Virus record (IMG/VR): IMGVR_UViG_3300032007_000001
Source of the DNA: a virus
Taxonomy: Duplodnaviria; Caudoviricetes
Length of the DNA stretch: 64,000 nt
Strand: one strand, 5' to 3'
Below are positions 26,625 to 36,306 of this stretch, in pieces. Under the pieces are notes generated by a model. That model searched no databases. It worked only from the letters and a program-made list of their open reading frames with translations, and was not told where the DNA came from. Each line of letters opens with the position of its first letter. Position 1 is the first letter of the stretch. The position numbers were made by a program, and so were the translations under genes.

Positions 26625-27698
26625 ATGTTAGAAGAAATAGAAAAATATAATGAATCTGTATCGGAAGAAAAAGAAATACATGAAATGTCAGACTTAAAAA
26701 ATGAACTTATAAACTATGGATACGATGAATACGAAATAGAAGATATATATTTATTGAATGAAATAAGACCAGAATATTTTGATGAAGATGATGAATATTT
26801 TTGGTGGGCGGATAATGGATATTTGTACAGTGGAAACGAAAGTGATGTTATTGCTTTAATTGGAAACAATGAAGACACAAAAGAATCAAATACTCTATAT
26901 AGATATGTTATTGATATTGATGGTAAAGAATATGGATTTATACGTGGAATAGATGAAATTATGGAAAAAGGTGAAATAACAGAAGATAGTAAAGAAATTC
27001 AACGTATAAATTCATTATTATCAAGAATGACTGTACCAATGATAAATGATTTACAAGAAGAAAAAAGATGTTATTTCACTGAAAAAGGAAAATCTTTTTA
27101 TAAAGGAATCATTCAACAAATAAGTGATATATTAAATGAACTTGGATATAAAGTAAAAGAGATAACAAAAGAAACTAATAATTTTATAAAAATAGACAAA
27201 TATCAAGTATTGGCGAAACACTTAAAAAATAAAAATGGAGTGAAAACAATGCACCTTATTAAAAAAGCAAACGATATTTTCTCAAATCAAAAAGAATTAT
27301 CTGAATATTTCTTAAAAGATTTATTAGAAGATGAAATAAAAAATGATATTGAAGAACGATTAAATTCTAATGGAAGATTTAGCAATGATTTTATTTATTT
27401 TGAACCACAAGAAACAGCAAAAATATTTACAAAAGATTCATTAAAATTTAAGAAAGCATATGAACTTATAACAGAAAATGAATATGAAGATTATCCAAGA
27501 TTGGGAGAATGTAAAATAGAAATAAATATTGATACAGTTGATGAAGATAATTTTTCTTTTAAAGAAATGCATGAATTAACTGTATTTAATGAAGAATTAG
27601 ACCGTATGTTATATGATTTAATTATTGATTTTTTTGAAAACAATGAACAAATTATTAAAGAAAAATTCAAAGAAATTACTAAAAAAAATCTTATATAA
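26625..27698 (+). CDS. Acidic multidomain protein; probable fusion with internal restart at 27249 (MHLIKKA)
   Basis: GGAG RBS at start; second in-frame GGAGTG-6nt-ATG at 27249. Confidence 0.7.
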   Translation: MLEEIEKYNESVSEEKEIHEMSDLKNELINYGYDEYEIEDIYLLNEIRPEYFDEDDEYFWWADNGYLYSGNESDVIALIGNNEDTKESNTLYRYVIDIDGKEYGFIRGIDEIMEKGEITEDSKEIQRINSLLSRMTVPMINDLQEEKRCYFTEKGKSFYKGIIQQISDILNELGYKVKEITKETNNFIKIDKYQVLAKHLKNKNGVKTMHLIKKANDIFSNQKELSEYFLKDLLEDEIKNDIEERLNSNGRFSNDFIYFEPQETAKIFTKDSLKFKKAYELITENEYEDYPRLGECKIEINIDTVDEDNFSFKEMHELTVFNEELDRMLYDLIIDFFENNEQIIKEKFKEITKKNLI

Positions 27699-27726
27699 AA
27701 AAGAAGCACTTAATGTGCTTCTTTTT
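27697..27726. terminator. Bidirectional intrinsic terminator
   Basis: AAAAAGAAGCAC / GTGCTTCTTTTT. Confidence 0.85.
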
Positions 27727-27731
27727 ATTTC

Positions 27732-28757
27732 TTATTCTTTAGCTTCTAATGCCGCGACTTTAGTTTCTAATTCTTCTATTCTTGAAATTAAAGCACTAAT
27801 ATCTGGAATATCTCCCTTAACAGCTATCTCACGGTCACTCGAGAGGCTGCTAGAAGACGCTGAATTCTTTGTGTAATAAATACCATCTACTTTGGAAATT
27901 TGAAGTCTCGTGCCTTTTCCAGATGTTTTGTCAGCTGCAGATAATTCAATGTCTGCACTTTCGTTTTCAGAAACACCAATATAGTCTTTTATATTGCCGT
28001 TAATACTTGAAATGTTTGTTAATGAATCTTTTTCAATAAAATTACTAACATCAGGAATATCGTCAGAATTTGCTTTATTTGCTAACATTGATTTTATTTC
28101 AGTATCATCATATAATTCATCTTTTGTAGCAAAATTACTAACATCGGGAATATCATTTGAATTTGCTTTTTCAGATAAAAGATTATCAATTTGAGCAATT
28201 GTATAAACAGAATCCTTATTAGCTTCTAAATCTAACAATTCTTGAATTCTTTCAGCCGAATAAGTATCTACTTTCTTATAAACATCTTCTAAATTTGCTT
28301 TTGCTTCCAATAATGAAATGACTTCTGTTTTTGTATAAACATTATTTGCATCAGCTTTTTCTATTAATGAAGCTTTTATTTCGGTATCATTATATAATTC
28401 ATCTTTTGTAGCAAAATTACTAACATCTGGAATATCGCTTATATTTGCTTTTTCAGATAATGCATTTTCAATATTTTCTTTTGATAAAGTTTCGTTTTTA
28501 GTAAAAACGTCATTTGCATCGGCTTTTGCATTAATTAATGCTCTGATTTCAGTATCATCATATATAGAAGCCGAAACATCTGCTTTTGTTGCTAACCCAC
28601 TTAAATCAACATTTAAGGTATCATGAATAACTTCTTTAACAACTGTTTCCTTTACAACGTTAACAACAGCTTCTTTAGCTGCTTCTATTTTATTGTCATT
28701 TCTTGTTGACATTGCTTGGACAACGCCACCAACTAAACTAGAAATTGTTTCTGCCAA
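27732..28757 (-). CDS. Fibre-like coiled protein with KANxxDVYTKxE repeats
   Basis: Repeats KAN/KAD..V[YF]TK.E and DIPDVSNFATKDELY; TTG start after GAGGTG. Confidence 0.7.
   Translation of the reverse strand: MAETISSLVGGVVQAMSTRNDNKIEAAKEAVVNVVKETVVKEVIHDTLNVDLSGLATKADVSASIYDDTEIRALINAKADANDVFTKNETLSKENIENALSEKANISDIPDVSNFATKDELYNDTEIKASLIEKADANNVYTKTEVISLLEAKANLEDVYKKVDTYSAERIQELLDLEANKDSVYTIAQIDNLLSEKANSNDIPDVSNFATKDELYDDTEIKSMLANKANSDDIPDVSNFIEKDSLTNISSINGNIKDYIGVSENESADIELSAADKTSGKGTRLQISKVDGIYYTKNSASSSSLSSDREIAVKGDIPDISALISRIEELETKVAALEAKE
28111..28436. repeat. Intragenic direct repeat (about 44 bp, near-identical)
   Basis: TATAATTCATCTTTTGTAGCAAAATTACTAACATC.GGAATATC at about 28111 and 28393. 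Confidence 0.8.
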
Positions 28758-28820
28758 TTTATTTCACCTCATAAAAATATAAAAAATAACTCTTCCTTAA
28801 ATTTAATACATCTATACTAT

Positions 28821-28856
28821 AAAAAAAATTGTCAGAAATTAATCTGACAATTTTTT
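28821..28856 (-). terminator. Intrinsic terminator
   Basis: AAAAAATTGTCAGA / TCTGACAATTTTTT. Confidence 0.75.
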
Positions 28857-28862
28857 CATTTG

Positions 28863-31800
28863 TTAAAGGAGTACTATACCAGAACCAAGTTCAAGTGATT
28901 CAACATGCAATCTTCCAGCTGTTGATGTTAAGTATACGTTTGTATCAAATACCTGCGTACCTGTATTTGTAACGTTAGAAGTTGTACCAGTAAGATATGC
29001 AGCTGTTGTATTTGCAACTTCGCTCTTTACATTCATATCTGTAAACAACGCATTTTCTGGTACAGCCGTTTGAACAGTTAAATTATTAACCTTTGCAGCA
29101 TTTGAAGCAGTTGCTGTAGCATCCAATGGAGTAAATCCTAATGCATCGGTAACATTTGTTCCAGTTACACTAATTGTACCATCAGATACAGTAACATTGT
29201 TGCCAATCTTAACTCCACCAAGTGTAGAAGCTGTCGCTTCTGGTAAAGTATAACTTGCTGCATTTTCGTCAATTGTATCTAACTTAGCCTTATCAGCAGC
29301 AGACATCAAACCGGCATTTGAAGCGGTTGCTTCTTCATAAGTTGTATCAGTAAATTTAGCATTTGCTGGTACAGCTGTCTCTACAGTTAAACCGTTAACC
29401 TTTTCAGAATCTTTAGCAGTCTCTGTCTTGCCAAGTTTAGAACCAATTAATTCTGTCACGGTTGTAGCAAAATTTGGATTATTACCAAGAGCCGTTGCCA
29501 GTTCATTTAATGTATTAAGAGTATCTGGTGCAGAATCAACTAATGCATCAATAAGTTCTTGTACATTCTGAGTTGTCGGTGGTTCATAACCGAGTGCCGT
29601 AGTAACATTGTTTTTGTTTATTGAAATTGTACCTTCAACATTTGTAATATTACTACCAATCTTAACTCCACCCAACGTTGAAGTATCAGCTGCTGGTAAA
29701 GTATATTCTCCAGCACCTTCACCAATACCATCTAATTTAGCCTTGTCTGTAGCCGACATTAATCCGGCCGTTGTTGTAGTAGCTTCTTCGTACGTTGTAT
29801 CTGTAAATACTGCATCTGCGGGAACAGCCGTTTCAACAGTAAGACCATTAACCTTTTCAGCATTAACAGCGGTTTCTGTTTTTCCAAGCTTATTAGCAAG
29901 CAATCCAGTAATTGTAGTAGCGAAATTTGGGTCATTTCCTAATGCATCAGCAACTTCTTTCAAAGTATTCAATGTTTCTGGTGCAGAATCTACAAGACCA
30001 GCAACAAGTTCCTCAACTCTTGAAAGCGTTGGTGGTTCATAACCCAAAGCAGTAGTAACATTTGCTTTATTTACTGAAATTACGCCATTTGTATTTGTAA
30101 TGTTACTTCCTACTTTAACGCCGCCAAGTGTTGTGTCTGTAGCTTCTGGTAATACATAATCACCGGAACCGCCAAGACCATCTAACTTAGCTTTATCTTC
30201 AGCAGACATCAAACCGTCTGTAGAAGATGTTGCGACTTCATATGTTGTATCAGTAAATTTGGCTCCAGCCGGAACTGCTGTTTCTACAGTTAAGCCATTT
30301 ACTTTTTCAGAATCTTTAGCAGTCTCTGTTTTACCCAATTTATTTGCAATTAATCCAGTAATTGTAGTAGCAAAACTTGGGTCATTGCCAATAGCGTCAG
30401 CAAGTTCTTTTAATGTATCTAACATTTCTGGAGCAGAATTTACAAGATTACTTACTAACGTTTCAACATTTTGTGTTGTTGGCGGTTCATATCCTAAAGC
30501 TGTTGTAATATTAGTTTTTGTAACACTGATTCTTCCACTTTCAGAAGTTATGTTATCGCCAATTTTAACACCGCCAAGGACAGTAGACGTTGCATTTGGA
30601 AGAACATATGAATCGTCTCCACCACCACCGCTATAACCGCCTTCCGGAACACTATCAAGTTTAGCTTTATCAGCAGCACTCATAAGTCCGTCTGCTAATT
30701 GCGTAGCAACGGTATAAGTAGTATCTGTAAACTTAGCGTCATTTGGAATACCATTTAATTTAATTTTATCATCAAATGACATTAAACCAGATTCTGTTTC
30801 TGTTGCTAAACCATATGTAGTATCTGTAAATACTGCATTTGCTGGAACTGCTGTTTCTACGGTTAAATTATTAATTTTCGCCGCATTAACAGCCGTACCG
30901 TCTTTATCTAATTTATTATTTATTTCATCCCATATATCATCAAAAGAAACGCTTTGAACTGTATTTGCTATTTTCTCTAATGTATTTAATTCTTCTGGAG
31001 CATTTCCAACTAATGCATCAATTGCATCTTCTCTTACTGGTGTATATCCTAATGCCTGTATAACATTATCATTTGTAATACTAATAGCTCCATTTATAAC
31101 AGAAACATTATTGCCAATTTTAACGCCACCATAACGAGAATTGTTAGCTACTGGTAATACATAATTATTAGCACCTTCGCTAATACTGTCTAATTTGGCT
31201 TTATCAGCAGCAGACATTAAACCTGAAACTTCTGTAGTTACTTCTTCATAAGTAGTATCTGTAAATTTAGCATTAAATGGAACTGCTGTTTCTACTGTTA
31301 AACCATTGACTTTTTCAGAATTTTTAGCTGTTTCTTCTTTTCCAAGCTTTTCTCCAATCATTGCCATAATTGTCGTTGAAAAGCTTGGGTCATTTCCTAA
31401 TGCCTCTGCTAATGCATTTAACGTATTTAATGTTTCTGGAGCAGAATTTACAAGATTCGCTATACTTTGGTCAACCTGTTGTTTGGTTGGTGGTTCATAA
31501 CCAAGAGCCGCTGTTACGTTTTCTCCAGTTAAACTAATAACACCCTCAGTTCCCGTAATGTTTTGTCCAATTTTAATTATACCAAAATCATCAACAGTTG
31601 CTATACTATCATTATCTAATTTTGAACTAATAGAATTATTAATTTCTTCTTTTAAGTCATCTATATCTTTTTTTACAACAATTTCTCTGTTGTCAATTAT
31701 TTTATTTTCGCTTTCATTTTTAAGATAAAAAATACCTCTATCATTAGAAACAATGATTTTACTTCCCAAATTTGTTTCATTATTTTCAGCAGCAATTACC

Positions 31801-32465
31801 ATATCAATCGGCAATGTACTTTGTTTTGAAAAAGTAATATCTGTTCTTACATTTTTAAGAGCATTAAAACCTTTAAATAGCATTAATTTATTTTGATTTG
31901 ACATATCAATAAGTTTCATGCTATTATCTTCATCAACATGAGAATATCTAAATGGGCCATTACCATCATCTGAAAAAATCCTACTATTTCTGACATAATT
32001 ATCTTTAATATCATCAATATCAGATTTTTTAGCTACCATTTCATCAATTTGTTCTGAAGTATATACATTGTCCTTATCAACAAAATTTGAAATGAGATTT
32101 TGAACTTCTTCTTTCGAAAAAGTTTCTGTTTTTGTAAAAACATCACTTGTATTTGCTTTTAAGCGCAAATGAGCATTTACTGTTTCTATAGTAGGATATA
32201 ACGACATATCCGTATTTTCTGGCATATGTTCATTTAAGTATTCTATAGTTACAAAAGAAGAAGTATCAGGCATATGTTCGTCGACATAACCTTGCGTTGC
32301 CAATCCACTTATATCAACATCTAAAACATTGTGAACTGCTTCATTTACTGTTGTTTGAGCAACAGTTTGAAGTACATTCGTTTTTGCTTCAGCTATTTTA
32401 TTAGCATTATTATTTGATATTTTTTGTACTATGGATTTCGCTAACTGTGAAAGTGCTTCTGACAA
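28863..32465 (-). CDS. Long tail-fibre-like protein (1200 aa) with about 150-aa tandem repeats
   Basis: Five units plus a partial sixth of GGVKIG..ALGYEPP..SAPETLNTL.ELA.ALGNDP.FATT..KVNGLTVETAVP..FTDTTY..GLMSA.DKAKLD. Confidence 0.85.
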   Translation of the reverse strand: MSEALSQLAKSIVQKISNNNANKIAEAKTNVLQTVAQTTVNEAVHNVLDVDISGLATQGYVDEHMPDTSSFVTIEYLNEHMPENTDMSLYPTIETVNAHLRLKANTSDVFTKTETFSKEEVQNLISNFVDKDNVYTSEQIDEMVAKKSDIDDIKDNYVRNSRIFSDDGNGPFRYSHVDEDNSMKLIDMSNQNKLMLFKGFNALKNVRTDITFSKQSTLPIDMVIAAENNETNLGSKIIVSNDRGIFYLKNESENKIIDNREIVVKKDIDDLKEEINNSISSKLDNDSIATVDDFGIIKIGQNITGTEGVISLTGENVTAALGYEPPTKQQVDQSIANLVNSAPETLNTLNALAEALGNDPSFSTTIMAMIGEKLGKEETAKNSEKVNGLTVETAVPFNAKFTDTTYEEVTTEVSGLMSAADKAKLDSISEGANNYVLPVANNSRYGGVKIGNNVSVINGAISITNDNVIQALGYTPVREDAIDALVGNAPEELNTLEKIANTVQSVSFDDIWDEINNKLDKDGTAVNAAKINNLTVETAVPANAVFTDTTYGLATETESGLMSFDDKIKLNGIPNDAKFTDTTYTVATQLADGLMSAADKAKLDSVPEGGYSGGGGDDSYVLPNATSTVLGGVKIGDNITSESGRISVTKTNITTALGYEPPTTQNVETLVSNLVNSAPEMLDTLKELADAIGNDPSFATTITGLIANKLGKTETAKDSEKVNGLTVETAVPAGAKFTDTTYEVATSSTDGLMSAEDKAKLDGLGGSGDYVLPEATDTTLGGVKVGSNITNTNGVISVNKANVTTALGYEPPTLSRVEELVAGLVDSAPETLNTLKEVADALGNDPNFATTITGLLANKLGKTETAVNAEKVNGLTVETAVPADAVFTDTTYEEATTTTAGLMSATDKAKLDGIGEGAGEYTLPAADTSTLGGVKIGSNITNVEGTISINKNNVTTALGYEPPTTQNVQELIDALVDSAPDTLNTLNELATALGNNPNFATTVTELIGSKLGKTETAKDSEKVNGLTVETAVPANAKFTDTTYEEATASNAGLMSAADKAKLDTIDENAASYTLPEATASTLGGVKIGNNVTVSDGTISVTGTNVTDALGFTPLDATATASNAAKVNNLTVQTAVPENALFTDMNVKSEVANTTAAYLTGTTSNVTNTGTQVFDTNVYLTSTAGRLHVESLELGSGIVLL

Positions 32466-32534
32466 TTTATTTCACCTCAATTACTATTTTCAACATCTTT
32501 TTCCATTTAACCATCTATAATAATAATTCTACTT

Positions 32535-32726
32535 TTAATCACCGGTATTACCATTATCTGAATTATTTTGATTATCAATTTCTGCGTCTATTTCTTCGAG
32601 AAGTGCTACTAATGTATTTTCAAGAATCTCATCTACTTCTTGTTTTGTATATACATCTTGCTTTTTAGCAAAATCAGCTTCACAATCGCGAAAAACTTTT
32701 TTTATTAATGTAATAATATCATACAT
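32535..32726 (-). CDS. Small fibre-associated protein with one VYTKxEVD repeat
   Basis: KQDVYTKQEVD; AAGGTCGTG RBS. Confidence 0.6.
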   Translation of the reverse strand: MYDIITLIKKVFRDCEADFAKKQDVYTKQEVDEILENTLVALLEEIDAEIDNQNNSDNGNTGD

Positions 32727-32750
32727 TCTATCACGACCTTTTATTTTTAA

Positions 32751-32778
32751 ATAAAGCCCGGCCGAAACCGGGCTTTAT
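32751..32778 (-). terminator. Intrinsic terminator
   Basis: ATAAAGCCCGG / CCGGGCTTTAT. Confidence 0.8.
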
Positions 32779-32783
32779 AATTT

Positions 32784-35417
32784 TTAACCATTAATTTCGC
32801 TTCTAATCTGTTGAAGTACATCTGCTATTGCTGTGCTAATTGCCTGATTTACTTCTTCTTTAGTATACATATTAGCAAGCAAAGCATCTACTTCCTCTTT
32901 TGTATATACTGTATCTGTATCTGCTTTATCATCCATTGATGAATCGATTTCTGCTTTAGTATAAACATCTTCGGAATTTGCTTTCTTAGCTAAATCTTCA
33001 TCAATTTCGCTAATTAATGATTCAACATTTGCAACAGTGGCATATGGTTCTAATGAAGGAATTTCTGTCTTGTCGGCTTTAAGTGCCAAAGCATCATTTA
33101 CATCAGATGTATTTGCTTTAACATCAAGGTCTGTCTTATCAGCCTTGAGTGCTAATGCATCATCAACATCGCTTTCTTTAGCATATCCAACAAGAGAAGG
33201 AATTTCCGTTTTATCAGCTTTAAGAGCTAAAGCTTCATCAACCTGGGCAATTGTATAAACTGAATCCTTATTGGCCTCTAAATCAAGAAGTTCCTGAATT
33301 CTTTCAGCTGAATAAGTATCCACTTTCTTATAAACATCGGCAAGGTTTGCTTTTGCTTCTAATAACGATACAACTTCGTCTTTAGTATAAACATCGCTTG
33401 CATTTGCTTTAGTATCAACTGTTTCGCCAAGAGTTGTTACATTACTTTGTACTTCAGCAACATCTGCTTTTGAAGCAATATTTGCGATTTCCAATCCATT
33501 TGCATTTTCAGCGATTGCTTCTTGAACCGTAGTGGCTTTAACTTCTGCAATTGTATCTGCTTTTGTTTCTTGTTTTGCAGTCGCAATTGCTTCTTCAACA
33601 TCAACTTTATAAGCTTGCTTTTCACCAAGAGCTCTTAATAATTCATTCGTTGAAGTAACAACATCAGAAGCATCTTGTGAATGTCTAACAATTGAATGAG
33701 TACCTTCAACTATATCATTTAATACAATATTAAGTTCTTCTAATGTAGCGCCAACAACGGTATCAACTTTTTCATCTGTTTCTTCTTTTACATATGTTGT
33801 CGTCTTAACACCAGAAATTTCTTCATTGATTGCATCCAATGCATCTTGAACATCTTTACAATCTTTCTGATATTCTGTCTGCGTAACGATTGTTGGAGCA
33901 ACCTCTGTAAGAAGGCTATTAACGTTATTAGAAAGCGTTGTAACGGCGTCTTCCAATTCATCAAATTCGCCATCATCAACTTTAGCTTCTATAAATTCAT
34001 CAACTTCTGCCTTTGTATATACATCGGCAGCATTTGCTTTTGTTTCAATATTCGAAGTATTGGTTTCAACAGTTGTATTGATTTCTGAAACGATATTGTC
34101 TACTTCTTCTTTTGTATATACATTTTCAGCAACAGCTTTGGCAGCAACTGCTTCATCTAATGCATTTAATCTATTCGTTGTTTCCTCATTCGTTGCATCA
34201 ATTTCTTCTTTAGTATATACATCTGTTGCGTTTGCTTTTGTTTCGATTGCATCTGTGTTACCGTCAACTTTTCCATTGATTTCTGATACAAAACCATCTA
34301 CTTCTTCTTTTGTATATGTATTCTCAAGATTTGCATTGTCTGCTAATAAATTATCAACTTCGTCTTTTGTATAGGCGTCACCAACATTTAATTTGCCTCT
34401 TAAGAAATTGTCAATCTGAAGTTCTGTATATGTACTACCAACATTAAGTTTGCCATCTAACATATCATCGACAGCAGCTCTTGTATAAATTTCGTTTAAT
34501 TTAACAGTACCATTAAATTTTTCATCAATTTCTTCTTTTGTATATACAGTTTCTTTATCAACTTTTTCTGCAATTCTTGCAAGTCTTGGGTCATTATCGC
34601 CAACAGCGATTGGCATTAATATATCTTCTGGTTCCACTGAAAGTCTTAAAACACCGTCGGTATTCTTTGAAGCTTTCTTTAATGAACCATCTATGCTTAA
34701 TGCAGTTGGGAAGTCATTCCAAACAACACCGTCATTAGTGAATTCCCACATTCCACCATTTTTACGTTCATTGTAACGAATTCCAACATTAAGTTCGGAA
34801 CCACGATTTATAATAATACCAGCATTAGCAGTTGGAGTACCAGACTGAGCATTATTTAATGTAAATGTCGTTGAAGACGTACCAGAAGTTTCATCAATTT
34901 TATCACTAAAACGTTCCAAATCAGCTTTGGAAGCTTTATCATCTAATGCTGCTTGTAAACCATCAATTGAAGCAATTGGGTGAAGGTTTGGAGCGTCATT
35001 GTTATCCAATAATGTATGGTCACCAGGATGATATCCACTTGCTAAGAATGGGCGAATATCTTCAATCATATCCTCAGTGATTGCAGTGGCATTAGCACCC
35101 AAATAAATAGCTGCTAATGGTAACATATTACGTTCAATCGTTGGAAGTTCTGGAGCCCTATTCTTGATTTCTCCTGATGAAACAAAAATAGTACCCTGTG
35201 GAGTAATACCAACTATTACCCATTTATATCCAGCAGCTGGAGCTTGAATTGTTGGAGAAGTTCCACCCTCAAATTCAACAAGCTTCATACGAGATGTATA
35301 ATAAGAGCCTTCGTTAACTCTTACTGTCATATTTGGAGTAATTTGTGGTCTGACTTTAAGTTCCTCTATAGCAACACCAAGTTTGCGATATGTGGAACCT
35401 GAAACTGGTTTATTCAA
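32784..35417 (-). CDS. Fibre protein: N-terminal attachment domain + many YTKxEVD coiled repeats
   Basis: PNMTV.V..G..LA.I.....IT...I.D.R attachment domain; H.I.SIDGLQAALD.K; numerous KANxxDVYTKxE[VI]D. Confidence 0.8.
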   Translation of the reverse strand: MNKPVSGSTYRKLGVAIEELKVRPQITPNMTVRVNEGSYYTSRMKLVEFEGGTSPTIQAPAAGYKWVIVGITPQGTIFVSSGEIKNRAPELPTIERNMLPLAAIYLGANATAITEDMIEDIRPFLASGYHPGDHTLLDNNDAPNLHPIASIDGLQAALDDKASKADLERFSDKIDETSGTSSTTFTLNNAQSGTPTANAGIIINRGSELNVGIRYNERKNGGMWEFTNDGVVWNDFPTALSIDGSLKKASKNTDGVLRLSVEPEDILMPIAVGDNDPRLARIAEKVDKETVYTKEEIDEKFNGTVKLNEIYTRAAVDDMLDGKLNVGSTYTELQIDNFLRGKLNVGDAYTKDEVDNLLADNANLENTYTKEEVDGFVSEINGKVDGNTDAIETKANATDVYTKEEIDATNEETTNRLNALDEAVAAKAVAENVYTKEEVDNIVSEINTTVETNTSNIETKANAADVYTKAEVDEFIEAKVDDGEFDELEDAVTTLSNNVNSLLTEVAPTIVTQTEYQKDCKDVQDALDAINEEISGVKTTTYVKEETDEKVDTVVGATLEELNIVLNDIVEGTHSIVRHSQDASDVVTSTNELLRALGEKQAYKVDVEEAIATAKQETKADTIAEVKATTVQEAIAENANGLEIANIASKADVAEVQSNVTTLGETVDTKANASDVYTKDEVVSLLEAKANLADVYKKVDTYSAERIQELLDLEANKDSVYTIAQVDEALALKADKTEIPSLVGYAKESDVDDALALKADKTDLDVKANTSDVNDALALKADKTEIPSLEPYATVANVESLISEIDEDLAKKANSEDVYTKAEIDSSMDDKADTDTVYTKEEVDALLANMYTKEEVNQAISTAIADVLQQIRSEING

Positions 35418-35514
35418 TTAAATTCACCGTCCTATCTATACTTAAAATTTACTTTGATTTTTCATCATTTTGTTTCAATTATAAAATACACTTCAAATGA
35501 ATACATATATAAAT

Positions 35515-35541
35515 AAAAAAGAGGTCCATAAGACCTCTTTT
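35515..35541 (-). terminator. Intrinsic terminator
   Basis: AAAAGAGGTC / GACCTCTTTT. Confidence 0.8.
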
Positions 35542-35555
35542 AATTTTTTATCAAA

Positions 35556-35999
35556 TTATTTTTTCATTTTATGCAATGCCGTTGATGTAGCAGAAATAAT
35601 CCTTCCATCAATCATTTGTATTTCATAAAATTTTTTATAATTTTGTTCATATGGACCAAAAATAATTGTTGCTTCTTTATTTCTATATGTTACCTTTTCG
35701 CCTTGTTCAAAAATTATTTCTGGTTTTTTCTTCTTAAATGTAGTTGACGGTGCTTTTGCAGATATCGGCATTCTCGCATCATCAAAATATTTTAAGAATT
35801 CGTCATCATCTATAGCATCTTTTAAGTTTTTTTCTTCATCTTCTTCCTCGTCTTCGTCATCAAAAGACGGGATTTCTATTTCCATTTCATTTTCATAATT
35901 ATCATATCCATCATAATCATCATAAAAACGTTTTTTTATCACGTTAATCTCTCCATATATAAAAATTTCCCTATCTGATTTCTTCAATAACACATCCAA
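35556..35999 (-). CDS. Acidic protein with C-terminal SH3/Tudor-like beta-barrel
   Basis: Poly-D/E tract; FEQGEKVTY...YEIQ..DG; start may be GTG 35943. Confidence 0.6.
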   Translation of the reverse strand: MDVLLKKSDREIFIYGEINVIKKRFYDDYDGYDNYENEMEIEIPSFDDEDEEEDEEKNLKDAIDDDEFLKYFDDARMPISAKAPSTTFKKKKPEIIFEQGEKVTYRNKEATIIFGPYEQNYKKFYEIQMIDGRIISATSTALHKMKK

Positions 36000-36022
36000 A
36001 CATTTTTATTTTAGCTAAAAAG

Positions 36023-36052
36023 AAAAAAGATGACTTTTTTGTCATCTTTTTT
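36023..36052 (-). terminator. Intrinsic terminator
   Basis: AAAAAAGATGAC / GTCATCTTTTTT. Confidence 0.8.
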
Positions 36053-36072
36053 ATAAAACATTAATTTTTTAA

Positions 36073-36306
36073 TTATCGATTATCTTCAATTTCGCTTTCG
36101 CCTGTCATGATACCTTTTTCTTTCAAAAAAGTAAATAAATCATGCATATCAAAACCGCCGCTCGTTGCGAATTTTCCTGCAGCTTCTGCAACGATTTCTG
36201 TAGTTGGTTCTACACCCATATACTGAAGCATTTCAGTAATAGAAGTATTGTCATTTTTCATAGCAAGAATGTTATGTCCTTTAATCATTTCATTATACCT
36301 CTTCAT
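36073..36306 (-). CDS. Hypothetical small protein (last gene of the head-like operon)
   Basis: ORF overlapping upstream stop; alternative start MIKGHN after GAGGT. Confidence 0.6.
   Translation of the reverse strand: MKRYNEMIKGHNILAMKNDNTSITEMLQYMGVEPTTEIVAEAAGKFATSGGFDMHDLFTFLKEKGIMTGESEIEDNR

Noticed and set aside
27732-35417. CRISPR-like or non-coding repeat array
   Set aside because: Repeats are in-frame coding repeats with synonymous variation and no constant repeat/spacer period
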